64,000 nucleotides of DNA from an uncultured Planctomycetota bacterium (GCA_963823665.1 CAWGMQ010000004.1:224001-288000), one strand, 5' to 3'. Shown: positions 26,884 to 37,853, counted from the stretch's first letter. Notes: a model not told the origin generated them from the sequence alone. Numbers and translations: made by a program.

Positions 26884-29800
26884 CGCCGCCTCCAGGGGTC
26901 ACGTTCGCCTGAAAGTCGAAGTCGCTCGCGCGCAGCCGTCGGCGCAGCACGTTCATGGCCGGGTCGCGCTCGCCTTGCAAGATCTCGCGCCAGAACTTCG
27001 CGCGCTCGCTCGCCGGAAGCCTCTTCAGTGCTTCGCGCAAGAGCGCCGTGCCGCGGTCCTGATACTGCTCGACCTGGCTGATCGACGCCCGCCCCTTGGT
27101 ACGCACCTGGGCACCGGCAACCGCAGCGGCTCGCGCGTAGATCCTTGCGGTGCCATAGAGACGCTCGGCCGTGAAGCCGCCCAGACCAAGCGCCCTCTCC
27201 GCGTCCGCGACGGCCTCGGAATGCCGGCCGGGCAGCCGCACCAGCGCGGCTGCCCGGCCGGAGAGAGCATCGGCGTTCGCTGGGTCCAGACGCAGGGCTA
27301 GGTCGAAGTCGGGCAAGGCCAGCTTCGGAGAGTCTGAGACCAGGTAGAGCCTGCCGCGCTCGAGATACAAACCCGCCCGGCCAGGCTCGAGCGCGATCGC
27401 CTGAGTGTGATCCTCGACCCCGCCGGCGATGTTCCCCAGCCCGGCCCGCGCCAGCCCGCGCAGCTCGTAAACCGCGGCTGACTTCTTCTCCGCGGCCAGG
27501 AGCGCATCGCAAGACTGGATCACTTCGTCGTATCGCTTCAAGTCCAGCAGCACCTGAATCCGTAGCATGTTCGCATCCGGATAGACGCGGTCTACTTTCA
27601 AGGCCGCCTCGGAAGCCGAAAGGGCCTCGCTCAACCGATGCTCGTCGTACAGCAGCTTTGCCCGCAGCGTGTGATCGCGTGCTAGAACGGAATTGGCCGG
27701 GTTCTCCAGCCGGATCGCGTGATCCAGGTCCGAGAGCGCCTTCGCGCGTTGAAGAGCGGTCGCCACCTTCCGGTCCAGCACCGCGTCCGCTCGCGCGCGG
27801 TACAGTGCCGCTTTGCCCGGCTCGAGCGCAATCGCCCGGCTAAGCTGCTCGATCGCCTCGTCCGGTTTGTGCTGCCGCCGGTATACCGCCGCCAGCCCCT
27901 CAAACGCCTGCGATCGGCTCGCGTCCAGCCCGATTGCGGCCTGAAAATCGGCCGATGCCTTTTCCCAGTCGGTATGCTGAACAAAAAGATTTCCCCGATT
28001 CACCAGAAGCACCCAGCGCAGCAGGTTGTCCGGCTTCTGCGCGAGCGCCTCGAGCACCCGGTCGTAATCGTCGAGTGCGAACTGAAAGTGCTCGTCGTTC
28101 CCGTCCTTCGCGGCCCTCGCAGCAAGCTGCATCGAGGCCAGGCCGCGCCAGACGTACAGCCAGGCATTATCGGGTTCGCTCCGGATGCACTCGCTCAGCC
28201 GATCCCAGGCAAGCTGGTGCTGCCCGAGATGCAACGCGCAATGTGCGGACAGGCATCGCGCCCAGAAATGATCAGGCTGCCGTATCCGAGTGAATTCGAA
28301 ATGTCGGTTCGCCGACGCATAGGCCCCGCGCAGGAAGTCCTCGCGGCCGGCGAGGAAATGGTCGATCGGAGTTGCCAGCGGTTGGGCGTCGGCCACCTGC
28401 CGCTCTTTTTCGGCCCCGGACCCATCGCCCGTCTTGGAGAGGTAAAAGGCACGCCGCAGATGATACGTCTTGTCCGGCGTGTGCAACGTGGCCGCCCGAT
28501 CCAGCACGCGCAGACTCTCGGCGGGTTCTTCGACCGCTTCGGCCAGGATCAGCAGAAGCTCATAGCAACCTTCCCTGATCCGCTCCTTCTCTTCAGCCGA
28601 AAAGCTCGGCGGCAGTGTTTCAAGCGCCCAGGAATCGGGAGTCGTCCTTGTGGCAAAGACATCCAGAGCCGCGCGCGCCGCCCGGCGGGTCGATTCGCGG
28701 CTTGTGGATAGCACGGGCCCGGTGAACCCCGTGTCATGAGTGAAGGCCAGTTGCCTGCCGCGCAAGAATTCGCCCAGGCGTTCGCGGTCCTTGGTACGCG
28801 AACGCCGCTCGGCAAGCCGCTCGTCAATCTGCTCGCGCAGACCCTGGGCACGAAGCTTCAGGTCGCGTTGCTTGGCGGGTCGTGCCTCGATATTCTTGAG
28901 TACCGCCTCCAGGCTCCCGCGAGCCTTTTCCAGATCACGCCCCATCTCCGCCTGTGCCTCAAAGATCGCGTCGGAATTGGTCTGGTGAGCGATGGCAAGC
29001 TGCTGGGAGCTGTACCGCTCGTAACCGACAAGTAAGCCGATCCCACATGCAACAGCCGCCGTGCCCCCGAAGAGAGATGAAGCCTTGAACGGGTGCCGCC
29101 GCGCCCACTTCGCCCCGCGCTCCCAGAACGGCGTCGGCCGCGCCTTGATCGGTTCTCCGTTCAAGTACCGCCGCAGATCATTCGCCAGCGCCTGGGCCGA
29201 GGCGTAGCGCTTGTGCGGCTCTTTGTTCAAACACTTGAGGCTGATCGTCTCCAGGTCGCGCGGCAGCCGCGGCACCAGCCGCGAGGGCGCCACAGGCTCG
29301 TCATCGATTACCTGCCGGATGGTTTCGATCGGCGTCTCTCCCTTGAAAGGCGGCCGCCCCGTCAGCATTTCATAAAGGATGGCCCCGAGCGCATACACGT
29401 CGGCCGCCGGCCCGATGTTGCGCGTGTGCCCCCGCGCCTGCTCGGGCGCCATGTAGCTCGGCGAGCCCATCACCTGCCCGGTCTCGGTGTGCATGTCGTC
29501 TGATTCAAGCCGCTTGGCCAGCCCGAAGTCGGTGACTTTGAGCACTCCGTCCGCCGCAAACAACACGTTCGATGGCTTCAAGTCGCGGTGAATGATGCCG
29601 GCCTCGTGCGCGGCGACGATAGCCTGCGCCAGCGTCTCGAGCAGCTCCGCCGAAAGTCGCCCAGCCTGCGGCGTGCCCCCCAGCCGGTCTGTCAGACTGC
29701 CCCCCTCAAGCAGCTCCAATGTGACATAGGGCGAGCCGTCGACTTCGCCAATGTCGTAGATCTGAATGATGTTGAGGTGTCGGAGCCGAGCAACCGCTTC

Positions 29801-30319
29801 GGCCTCGATCGAAAACCTCAGCAGGTGTTCGGGCTTCGCCTGGCCTCCGCCCCGAATCATCTTCAAGGCAACCAGCCGGTTGAGCCCCACCTGCCGCGCC
29901 TTGAAGACCACCCCCATGCCGCCTTCACCGAGCCGGTCGACAATCTCATAGCCGGGGACCGCGGGCCAATCGTTCCGGCCGGTCGACGTTTTGAATCCAA
30001 GCGAGCCGCCGCCACGCCCGCTCGAGGTCAACGTTCGAGCCATACCCGGCGGCGAAAGATCACCCGTCTGGTCGTCCGTACTTCCTCGTGCCGGATCCGC
30101 TTCGTCGCTTCCTTCCTCGATCTCCAGTTCCCCCACACCCGCCGGGTCGGCCATGGTCGATTTCCAACCCTGCCCACGAGTGATGTTCTCCAGCAGCTCC
30201 TGGCAGCTCAGGCAGATCTCGATGTGGATTACAACCTCTTCGAGCTCCGGCCCTTCAAGGCACTCGTCGAGCAACCCCTGAATCGAATCCCGGCTGGGGC
30301 AAACGCTCATGGAAGTCAT
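26870..30319 (-). CDS. Ser/Thr protein kinase with N-terminal zinc-finger (ZAS-like) motif, one TM segment and C-terminal TPR repeats
   Basis: HIEICLSC; GEGGMG, VALK, HRDLKPSN, DFG and MAPEQ all intact; hydrophobic SSLFGGTAAVACGIGLLVGY; TPR-like helical repeats. Stop overlaps the giant gene start by 14 nt. Confidence 0.95.
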   Translation of the reverse strand: MTSMSVCPSRDSIQGLLDECLEGPELEEVVIHIEICLSCQELLENITRGQGWKSTMADPAGVGELEIEEGSDEADPARGSTDDQTGDLSPPGMARTLTSSGRGGGSLGFKTSTGRNDWPAVPGYEIVDRLGEGGMGVVFKARQVGLNRLVALKMIRGGGQAKPEHLLRFSIEAEAVARLRHLNIIQIYDIGEVDGSPYVTLELLEGGSLTDRLGGTPQAGRLSAELLETLAQAIVAAHEAGIIHRDLKPSNVLFAADGVLKVTDFGLAKRLESDDMHTETGQVMGSPSYMAPEQARGHTRNIGPAADVYALGAILYEMLTGRPPFKGETPIETIRQVIDDEPVAPSRLVPRLPRDLETISLKCLNKEPHKRYASAQALANDLRRYLNGEPIKARPTPFWERGAKWARRHPFKASSLFGGTAAVACGIGLLVGYERYSSQQLAIAHQTNSDAIFEAQAEMGRDLEKARGSLEAVLKNIEARPAKQRDLKLRAQGLREQIDERLAERRSRTKDRERLGEFLRGRQLAFTHDTGFTGPVLSTSRESTRRAARAALDVFATRTTPDSWALETLPPSFSAEEKERIREGCYELLLILAEAVEEPAESLRVLDRAATLHTPDKTYHLRRAFYLSKTGDGSGAEKERQVADAQPLATPIDHFLAGREDFLRGAYASANRHFEFTRIRQPDHFWARCLSAHCALHLGQHQLAWDRLSECIRSEPDNAWLYVWRGLASMQLAARAAKDGNDEHFQFALDDYDRVLEALAQKPDNLLRWVLLVNRGNLFVQHTDWEKASADFQAAIGLDASRSQAFEGLAAVYRRQHKPDEAIEQLSRAIALEPGKAALYRARADAVLDRKVATALQRAKALSDLDHAIRLENPANSVLARDHTLRAKLLYDEHRLSEALSASEAALKVDRVYPDANMLRIQVLLDLKRYDEVIQSCDALLAAEKKSAAVYELRGLARAGLGNIAGGVEDHTQAIALEPGRAGLYLERGRLYLVSDSPKLALPDFDLALRLDPANADALSGRAAALVRLPGRHSEAVADAERALGLGGFTAERLYGTARIYARAAAVAGAQVRTKGRASISQVEQYQDRGTALLREALKRLPASERAKFWREILQGERDPAMNVLRRRLRASDFDFQANVTPGGGDDQR

Positions 30320-30500
30320 TCCTTGATGAGTCTTCTCAATCGATCGATCGATCGCATCACCGGCAAAAATGGGTGCTCACTCACAGTACATGCTTTGAGC
30401 GCCGACCTAACACTCCTTTCCTCCTCATTCATCCAAATTGCCAAAAGCACGTCCGCGCCAGCCAACTTAGGCGTCGCACCCCGCGCAAGCCGCAGCCGAT

Positions 30501-30536
30501 CTTTCCCCCCCTTGCAAAGCGGGGCCAGGGGGGGTG
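30501..30536. repeat. C-run/G-run palindromic REP/MITE-like element
   Basis: CCCCCCCTTGCAAAGCGGGGCCAGGGGGGG, an imperfect hairpin in intergenic DNA. Confidence 0.4.
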
Positions 30537-31030
30537 AACGCCGTCCCACGCCAGTGATCCGCTCGAACCACCAGCTCCCACGTTCGCTCACGGCCCCCGC
30601 ACATCGTGCGGCGGCACGGCTTCCCCCGATGTCGACGAAGTCGCCCCACCGTTCGTCACCCGCGCATTCAACCTCGCCAAGCGCTCCTGCGCCTCCTTCT
30701 TCGCACGTTCGCCTCTTTGATCTCCTCGTTGTCGGCAGCGTCGATCTGGCCCTGAGTGAGTTCCAGGTACGCGCCCCTCACCCGATCCATGTCCGCCGCC
30801 AAGAACAGGTTGGCATTCAACAAAAACTCCTCTCCCCTCCTTTTTTTGCCCAATCCGGCCCGTTTCCAAAAAAAGTCTGTCCCCGCGCCCGCATAATCGG
30901 ACCTGGCAGTGCACAGCCGGCATCCGCCGGACCAGATTGCGCGGCCGTCGTGCCGGCCATGTCCCGATCAGCGCAGCCCTTCAGCGATTCAACCAAGCAG
31001 GCCAATGCGAGCGCCATCGCTCCACCTCAA

Positions 31031-31130
31031 TGTCGCCCAGCGCTCCGCGATGGGATTCAGTCTCCTCCATTGTCGCCCTTCGCTTCACGAAGGGATTCAG
31101 TCTCCCCATTGTCGCCCAGCGCTCCGCGAA
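31031..31130 (+). repeat. Short tandem repeat, ~40 bp x 2.5
   Basis: TGTCGCCCAGCGCTCCGCGA-TGGGATTCAGTCTCCTCCAT / TGTCGCCCTTCGCTTCACGA-AGGGATTCAGTCTCCCCAT / TGTCGCCCAGCGCTCCGCGA. Confidence 0.75.
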
Positions 31131-31390
31131 GATCGCTCTTGAAGTCGAAGGGCTTCGAAATTGCCAGAGGCGTTCTTCCACTCAATCGCGTTGCAACAGA
31201 GCCGAATTTACATCTCGTCGGTCTGAGGCGGAGCCTCGTTAGCCTTATGTCGAAATCAGAGTTCGCCACTTTCTCCGCCAAACCGTGGCCTATCCTGGAG
31301 TTAGTCACACACCATCGACGTGGATCCCGACGGGGCGGTCGTTTCACCGCGACTGTCTGCGCGAACTCTCCGAATTCTCATCACAAAGAT

Positions 31391-32876
31391 ATGAAACACG
31401 AATCCAACGCTGCAGGACCGGCGAAGTCACCCTCGCGCCGGCTCGGTGTCCTTTACGTTGCGTCGTTCAGCATCATCGCCGTCATCTCGGCCGTTAACCA
31501 GGCCTTTGCTCTCAAGGAGCTCGCCTGGCAAAGCAGGGCAACCGCAAACGCCAGTGCAGTCGCAAGCGACCGGGCGCTCGGCCGCCCATTAAGTTTGGCT
31601 GCGCTGGCACTTCTGACGGCAACCGACCCCGCCGAGCGCCGCGAGCTCGCAACATCACTTCGCAGCGCGATCCAGGAAAGCTCGCAGGGCATGCCTCGGA
31701 CCGTCTCTGCACGCGGCCGCCTCGAATCTGCCGGGGCACACAAGCGCACGACGGCCTCGGACAACCAGATGTTGCAGCTTTCTGAAAGCCACCGTCTCGC
31801 GGCAACTCTGTCGGCCGAGACGCTTCTGTCCCTCTACGACCAGAACTCTGCGGCGCCATCGCAACCGGCGGAAGCAGCTCCGCACGTTCGTCGCATCATC
31901 GAAGAAGAAGAGGCGGCAAGCCACGCTCTTGCCGAAGCCGCGCGGGGTTACGGCGCTCAGGCTGCCATCCATTTCGATCGCTTCAACACGTTCGAGCTCA
32001 TGATGCTAGGTGTGGTGATGCTTGTGCTTGCGACCGAAGGTCTCTGCGTGGTCAACCCGGCCGTCAAGAGGATCCAGCGGTTCATGGATGACCTCGAACG
32101 CTCTCACGTCGAGTTGAAGGCTTACGCGCACAAGCTCGAGCGCAGCAACAGCGAGCTCCAGGACTTCGCGTCGGTGGCATCGCACGATCTGCAGGAGCCG
32201 CTCCGCAAGGTTCAGGCGTTCAGCGACCGGCTGCGAAAACGATGCGCCGCGGCGCTCGACGACCAGGGGCGAGATTACCTCGACCGAATCCAGAACGCCG
32301 CCGCCCGGATGCAAAGTTTGATCAACGACCTGCTGACCTACTGCCGCGTGGCAACGAAGGCACAGCCATTCGTTCCCACCGATCTCGTCTCGATCACCCG
32401 GGAAGTCGTCTCTGATCTCGAGGCGCGAATTGAACAGGTGCAGCGGTCAAGTCGTCCTGGACGAATTGCCCACGATCGATGCCGACCCGCTTCAAGTCCG
32501 CCAGCTCATGCAGAACTTGATCGGCAATTCGCTGAAGTATTCGCGGCCGGACGTTCCTCCGGTCGTGAAGGTATGGAGCAAGCACGAGCCGCACGTTGCG
32601 GGCTCGGCGGCGGGGCGCCACCCCGCCCGTTCTGCGAGATCGTGGTCGAAGACAACGGGATCGGGTTCGACCAGATCTACTCCGAGCGAATTTTCACAAT
32701 CTTCCAGCGGCTGCACGGCCGCAATGAATACGAGGGAACCGGGATCGGCCTGGCCGTTTGCCGGCAAGATTGTCGAACGGCACGGCGGCACGATCACCGC
32801 GCACAGCACACCCGGCAATGGGGCAACATTCCTGGTTTCGCTGCCGATTCGCCAACCAACCGCGGGAGACAATTGA
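31391..32876 (+). CDS. Membrane sensor histidine kinase; three apparent frameshifts (~32440, ~32615, ~32765)
   Basis: Two TM segments flank a periplasmic domain. H-box ASVASHDLQEPLRK, N-box QNLIGNSLKY, G1 EDNGIGF, F-box IFTIFQRLH, G2 GTGIGLA and KIVERHGG are spread over alternating frames. Confidence 0.88.
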
Positions 32877-32878
32877 AG

Positions 32879-33343
32879 ATGCAAACGAACCGTGACTCGA
32901 TCTCGATCCTGATCGCCGATGACGATGCAGATGATCGTATGATGGCCAAGGAAGCCCTCGAGGAGTGCCGGCTGGCCAATCCCATCGACTTCGTCGAGGA
33001 CGGAGTCGAGCTGCTGGCCTATCTTCGCGGCCAGGGCCGGTTTGCCGGGGAAACCAGACGCAGACCGGGCTTCATCATCCTCGACCTCAACATGCCCAAG
33101 ATGGACGGCCGCGAGGCACTTCGCGAAATCAAGGCCGACCCTTCGCTGCGCAGGATCCCGGTCGTCGTGATGACCACGTCGCAGGCCGAAGAGGACATCT
33201 ATCGGACCTATGATCTAGGCGTCAACTCGTTCATCACCAAGCCCGTCTCCTTTGATGGATTGGTCGATGTGATGCGCACCATGGGCGCATACTGGATCGA
33301 GATCGTCGAGCTTCCGGAAACCGGTCGCTCGCAGGAAGCGTAA
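32879..33343 (+). CDS. Single-domain response regulator (Rcp1-like)
   Basis: ILIADDD, IILDLNMPKMDG, IPVVVMTTS...EDI...YDLGVNSFITKP, AYW motifs. Confidence 0.93.
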   Translation: MQTNRDSISILIADDDADDRMMAKEALEECRLANPIDFVEDGVELLAYLRGQGRFAGETRRRPGFIILDLNMPKMDGREALREIKADPSLRRIPVVVMTTSQAEEDIYRTYDLGVNSFITKPVSFDGLVDVMRTMGAYWIEIVELPETGRSQEA

Positions 33344-33345
33344 CC

Positions 33346-35515
33346 ATGAACCAAGACGCTCTCTCGCATTCTGCTCGTCGATGACGACGAGGACGATTAC
33401 GTCCTGACGCACGCCGTGCTCAACGAGTGCTACGGCGACCGCGTCGCCGTCGAATGGGTTTCGTCCTACGAGTTGGCCAGAGCCGCGCTGTTGAGCGGCC
33501 GTCACGAGCTCTGCCTGCTGGATTACCATCTTGGAAGCCGGACGGGACTCGAGCTGCTCCGCGAGACCAACTCCATCGGCTGTCCCACCCCGATTATCCT
33601 GCTCACCGGCAACGACGACTGGAACACCGACGTCGAGGCCATGGAGGCCGGGGCGGCCGATTACCTGGTCAAGGGACAGTTCGGAACAAGCCTCTTGGAG
33701 CGGTCGATCCGCTATGCCAGAGGCTTCGCTGCCGAACGCCAACATACGCTACAGGCCCTCCGAAGCAGCGAAGAGCGTTACGCCCTGGCCGTGCGCGGCG
33801 CCAACGACGGGCTCTGGGATTGGGACCTGACCACCAACCGGATCTACTTCGCCCCGCGCTGGAAGTCGATGCTGGGCTATGCCGAGGGCCAGATCGGCGA
33901 CAGCCCGGAAGAGTGGTTCGACCGCGTGCACAGAATGGACGTGGACCGGCTGAAGGCGGAGATCGAGGCACATCTCGCGGGACGATCATCCCACCTCGAA
34001 ACCGAGTGTCGCATTCTCCACGACGACGGGGCCTATCGCTGGTTCCTCACTCGAGGCCTGGCCGTTCGCGACGGCCGCGGCCGGGCCGTCCGGATTGCGG
34101 GCTCCCAGTCCGACATCACCCAGCGAAAACTGGTCGAGGACCGCCTGCAGCACAACGCCTTCCATGACTCGCTCACCGGTTTACCCAACCGCGCACTGCT
34201 CCTGGAGCGTTTGGGACAGGCCGTCGCACGGACAAAGCGGCGCCCTGAACGTCGGTTCGGTATCCTCTTCCTCGACCTCGACGGGTTCAAGGTTGTCAAC
34301 GACAGCTTGGGGCACCAGATGGGCGATCAGCTCCTGATCGCAATCAGCAGGAGGTTGGAGAGCTGCCTTCGCGACGACGACACCGTCGCCCGGCTCGGCG
34401 GAGATGAATTCATCGTCCTCATGCACGACGTCACCGAAACGCGCGATGTGTTCAACCTTGCCGAGCGGGTGCTCGAGCGCGTTCAAACTCCGTTCTCGCT
34501 CGAGGGGCATGAACTGGTGGTGACCGCCAGCATCGGCATCGCCCTGAGCACGTCGAATATCGATTGTGCTGAGGAGATGGTACGGAACGCGGATATCGCA
34601 ATGTACCGCGCCAAAGCCCGGGGCAAGTCGGGCTACGTCGTGTTCGACGAGGCGATGCACGCCGAGGCGGTGACCCGGTTGCAGCTCAACAACGACCTGC
34701 GGCAAGCAACGGCACGCGGAGAATTGCATCTTTACTACCAGCCAATCGTGGCCCTCCGGACCGGAGCGATCAGGGGCTTCGAGGCCCTGTTGCGGTGGCA
34801 CCACCCCGACCGCGGCCTGATCTGTCCAGACGATTTCGTCCCGCTCGCGGAGGAGACGAAGCTGATCTTGCCCATCGGCATGTGGGTGACCCTCACCGCG
34901 GCCCAGCAGCTCCAGAAATGGCGGCAACAGTTCTCGATGGCCGGCCCCCTCTCGATGAGCGTGAACATGTCCTGCCGGCAATTCTCGCAGGCCGATCTGG
35001 TCTGCCAGATCGAGCAGATCCTTCTGGCGACGGGGCTTGACGCCCACAGCCTGAGAATGGAGATCACCGAGAGTGCCATCATGGAACACGTCGAGACGGC
35101 TAGGTCGGTGCTCACAAAATTGAAATCTCTCGGGGTCAAGCTCGCCCTCGACGACTTCGGCAAGGGATACTCCTCGCTCAGCTACCTTCATCAGCTTCCC
35201 CTGGACACGCTCAAGCTCGACCGCTCGTTCGTCGCCAGGGTCGGGCCCAATGGCGAGAATACCGAGATTGTGCGGACCATCGTCTCACTCGCCAAGATTC
35301 TGGGGCTCGATGTGGTCGCTGAAGGCGTGGAGAAGGCCCACCAATTGGTCCAGCTCCGAGACCTGGGGTGCCAGTTCGGCCAGGGCTATTTCTTCTCACG
35401 ACCGCTCACTGCCGGCGCAGCCACCGCGATTCTCGCTGAGCCCCCCGATTGGCTGGAACGGTTGAACTTCGAAGCGCCGGAACTCGCCGATGCGGCTTCC
35501 GCCGTGCGTGTTTAG
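33346..35515 (+). CDS. REC-PAS-GGDEF-EAL diguanylate cyclase/phosphodiesterase; 1-nt frameshift at ~33364
   Basis: MNQDAL|RILLVDDDEDD receiver; GANDGLWDWD PAS; HDSLTGLPNR, ARLGGDEF; FEALLRW, DDFGKGYSSL, AEGVE, QGYFFSRP. Confidence 0.93.
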
Positions 35516-35564
35516 ACTGCCTTCCGCGATCGACACGACCAAAGCCTTCGCGCTTGCCAGGGCT

Positions 35565-35799
35565 TCATTTCTTGCGGGCGCTGAGCTTCTTCACAAACGC
35601 CGCATGCTCGGCCGATCGCAGGCCGCGCCCCAGAGTCTGCAACAGACGGGCCAGGTCGTACTTCCAGAGCGCCGGCCCATCGAGCCACAGGCCCGGAAAC
35701 ACCCGGGAGCGAAAGATGCCCTTCGCAGTGGGCCGGCACAATCACCGTCAGTCGTTGTCCCGCGCGAAGCGGTTGGATAGCGCGTTCGGAGATTGACAT
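35565..35799 (-). pseudogene. Internally deleted Uma2 family remnant (third copy)
   Basis: N-terminus MSISERAIQPLRAGQRL joined almost directly, in another frame, to the C-terminus GIFRSRVFPGLWLDGPALWKYDLARLLQTLGRGLRSAEHAAFVKKL. Both ends match the Uma2 genes at 5750-7166. Confidence 0.75.
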
Positions 35800-35880
35800 G
35801 ACCAGAGCCTCCAATGACGACACTGAGCCATCTTACCGGTCGGCGGATATCGCGTACGAATTGAAAGGAACCGAGATCCC

Positions 35881-37002
35881 TCAGGCGCACGGCCCGGCAC
35901 GCGCCACCTTGCGCAGCACCTCCAGCCCCCGAGTCAGCGTCGCGTCGTCCACGGCGTACGAAATCCGGAAATGGCTGTCGCTCATCGAGAACACATTGCC
36001 CGGAATAATCAGCACGTTGTTCTTGATCGCCTCGGCCACGAACTCGGTTCCACTGCCCCAGGGCGCACGCGGAAATGCATAGAACGCACCTTCCGGCCGG
36101 GCCAGCTCGAAATCGTCTGCCAATGCTTCGACCACCATGTCCCGCTTCCGCCGATACGCCGCGAACTGGGAGCTCAAATCTTCGTCGACGGCCACAACGC
36201 CGCCATGCTGGGCCATGGAAGGCGCACACACGAAGCTGAATTGCTGAAGCTTGGCCATTTCCTGGATCAAGCGGCCCGGGCCATGTGCATATCCCAGCCG
36301 CCAGCCGGTCATCCCGTGCGACTTGCTGAAACCGTTCACGACGAGCACGTTCTCGTTCCAGGTCGCCGGCGTCGCAAACGGACGATCATAGCAGTAGGTT
36401 CTGTAAACCTCGTCGCTGATCAAAAGCACGTCCCGCCGCCGGCAAACCTCGGCCAGGGCCCGCATCTCCTCCACGCTAGCCACGGCCCCCGTCGGGCTGG
36501 CCGGGCTGTTGACGACGATGCACTTGGTGCGCGGCGTGATCGCCCGCTCGACTTTGCCCGGGTCGATCCGGAAATCCGGATACGTTTCCACCAGGACGGT
36601 CCGCCCTCCCGCCAGCGTGGCAAGATGGCGATACATCATGAAGCACGGGTCAAACGTGATCAGCTCATCGCCCGGATCAACCACGCAGCAGACTGCCAGC
36701 AGAAGCGCTCCCGAGGTACCCGCGGTCACCAGCACCTGGCGGTCGGCGTGGCGAAGCTCGCCTTCGACGTCCGCCTGGATCTTTCCGCGCAGCTCCGGGA
36801 TGCCCTGAGTGACAGTATATGCATTGCGCCCGGCCTTGATCGCCTCGATCGCCGCGGTCTTGACTGGCTCGGCGACGTCAAAATCCGGCAGACCGATCGA
36901 GAGGTTGATCGGATCCTTCATGCTCTTCGCCATGTCGAACGCCTTGCGGATGCCCGACACGTCGATCTGCTTCATCCGGCCGGCGATCCAGGCGTCGTTC
37001 AC
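35881..37002 (-). CDS. PLP-dependent aminotransferase class I/II
   Basis: INLSIGLPDF, YTVTQGIPELR, NSPASPTG, ISDEVY, GFSKSHGMTGWRLGY. Probable GTG start at 37002. Confidence 0.93.
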   Translation of the reverse strand: MNDAWIAGRMKQIDVSGIRKAFDMAKSMKDPINLSIGLPDFDVAEPVKTAAIEAIKAGRNAYTVTQGIPELRGKIQADVEGELRHADRQVLVTAGTSGALLLAVCCVVDPGDELITFDPCFMMYRHLATLAGGRTVLVETYPDFRIDPGKVERAITPRTKCIVVNSPASPTGAVASVEEMRALAEVCRRRDVLLISDEVYRTYCYDRPFATPATWNENVLVVNGFSKSHGMTGWRLGYAHGPGRLIQEMAKLQQFSFVCAPSMAQHGGVVAVDEDLSSQFAAYRRKRDMVVEALADDFELARPEGAFYAFPRAPWGSGTEFVAEAIKNNVLIIPGNVFSMSDSHFRISYAVDDATLTRGLEVLRKVARAGPCA

Positions 37003-37033
37003 GGCGAGCTCGACTTCTTTCTTGGAAGGTGGA

Positions 37034-37567
37034 TCAATAGGTGAGGAGACTGAAGATTTCGCTCGGCGCAAGCTTGGCACGCCCGTCCAGGAACGAAAGC
37101 TCGATCAGGAACGTGCAGGCCACAACCAGGGCCCCTGTCGACGTGACCAGATCGTGGCAGGCCTTCATCGTTCCGCCCGTGGCCAGCACGTCGTCGATCA
37201 AGAGCACGCGCTTGCCGGCTCCAAGTGCATCGCTGTGCACCTCGAGCTTGTCGCTGCCGTATTCGAGCTGGTATTCCTGGGCGATTGTCGCGTATGGGAG
37301 CTTTCCCGGCTTGCGAATCGGCACGAACCCGGCTTTGAGCTCAAGTGCCAGCGGCGCACCGAAAATGAATCCGCGTGCTTCCGCCGCCGCGATCACATTG
37401 ATTCCCTTGCTCGCAAAATGCCCGGCGAACTGATCGATCGACTCGGCAAATGCGGCGCTGTCGCCCAGGAGCGGCGTGATGTCCTTGAACATGATGCCCG
37501 GCTTCGGAAAATCCGGGATGTCTCGAATGTAGTCGTGCAGATCAAGCTTGTTTGCACCGCCGGGCAT
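37034..37567 (-). CDS. apt: Adenine phosphoribosyltransferase
   Basis: [37 protein letters not shown] motif [13 protein letters not shown]. Confidence 0.97.
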   Translation of the reverse strand: MPGGANKLDLHDYIRDIPDFPKPGIMFKDITPLLGDSAAFAESIDQFAGHFASKGINVIAAAEARGFIFGAPLALELKAGFVPIRKPGKLPYATIAQEYQLEYGSDKLEVHSDALGAGKRVLLIDDVLATGGTMKACHDLVTSTGALVVACTFLIELSFLDGRAKLAPSEIFSLLTY

Positions 37568-37853
37568 GGAAGAAAAGCTCCCGAAGTGGCAAGAGGCCGG
37601 AATCGATTCGTGCTGGAGAGGCCCGGGGCCGGCCTCCGACTTCGGAGCCTGTCCCTGCCGTCCGCCACGAGATTACCACTATCGGGGAAGTGCCTGGCAA
37701 AGTCTAGAGTAGGGGCCGGCCCGGAGGCGGTCGGACGCCTGCATCCAACCGCGATCTCGGCCGGCCCCCGGCCTTGGTCGGTTTTGGTCTCCCCGACTGC
37801 GCGGGCTCAAGCGGCCCCGCGCCATTCGAGTTCGGCGTGATCTGATCCCGACT

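Noticed and set aside
31031..31130. Possible CRISPR array
   Set aside because: Only 2.5 units, the would-be spacers are near-identical, and there are no cas genes.
29588..33343. 1251-aa plus-strand ORF
   Set aside because: Chimera of antisense-to-kinase sequence, intergenic DNA, the frameshifted HK and the separate response regulator.
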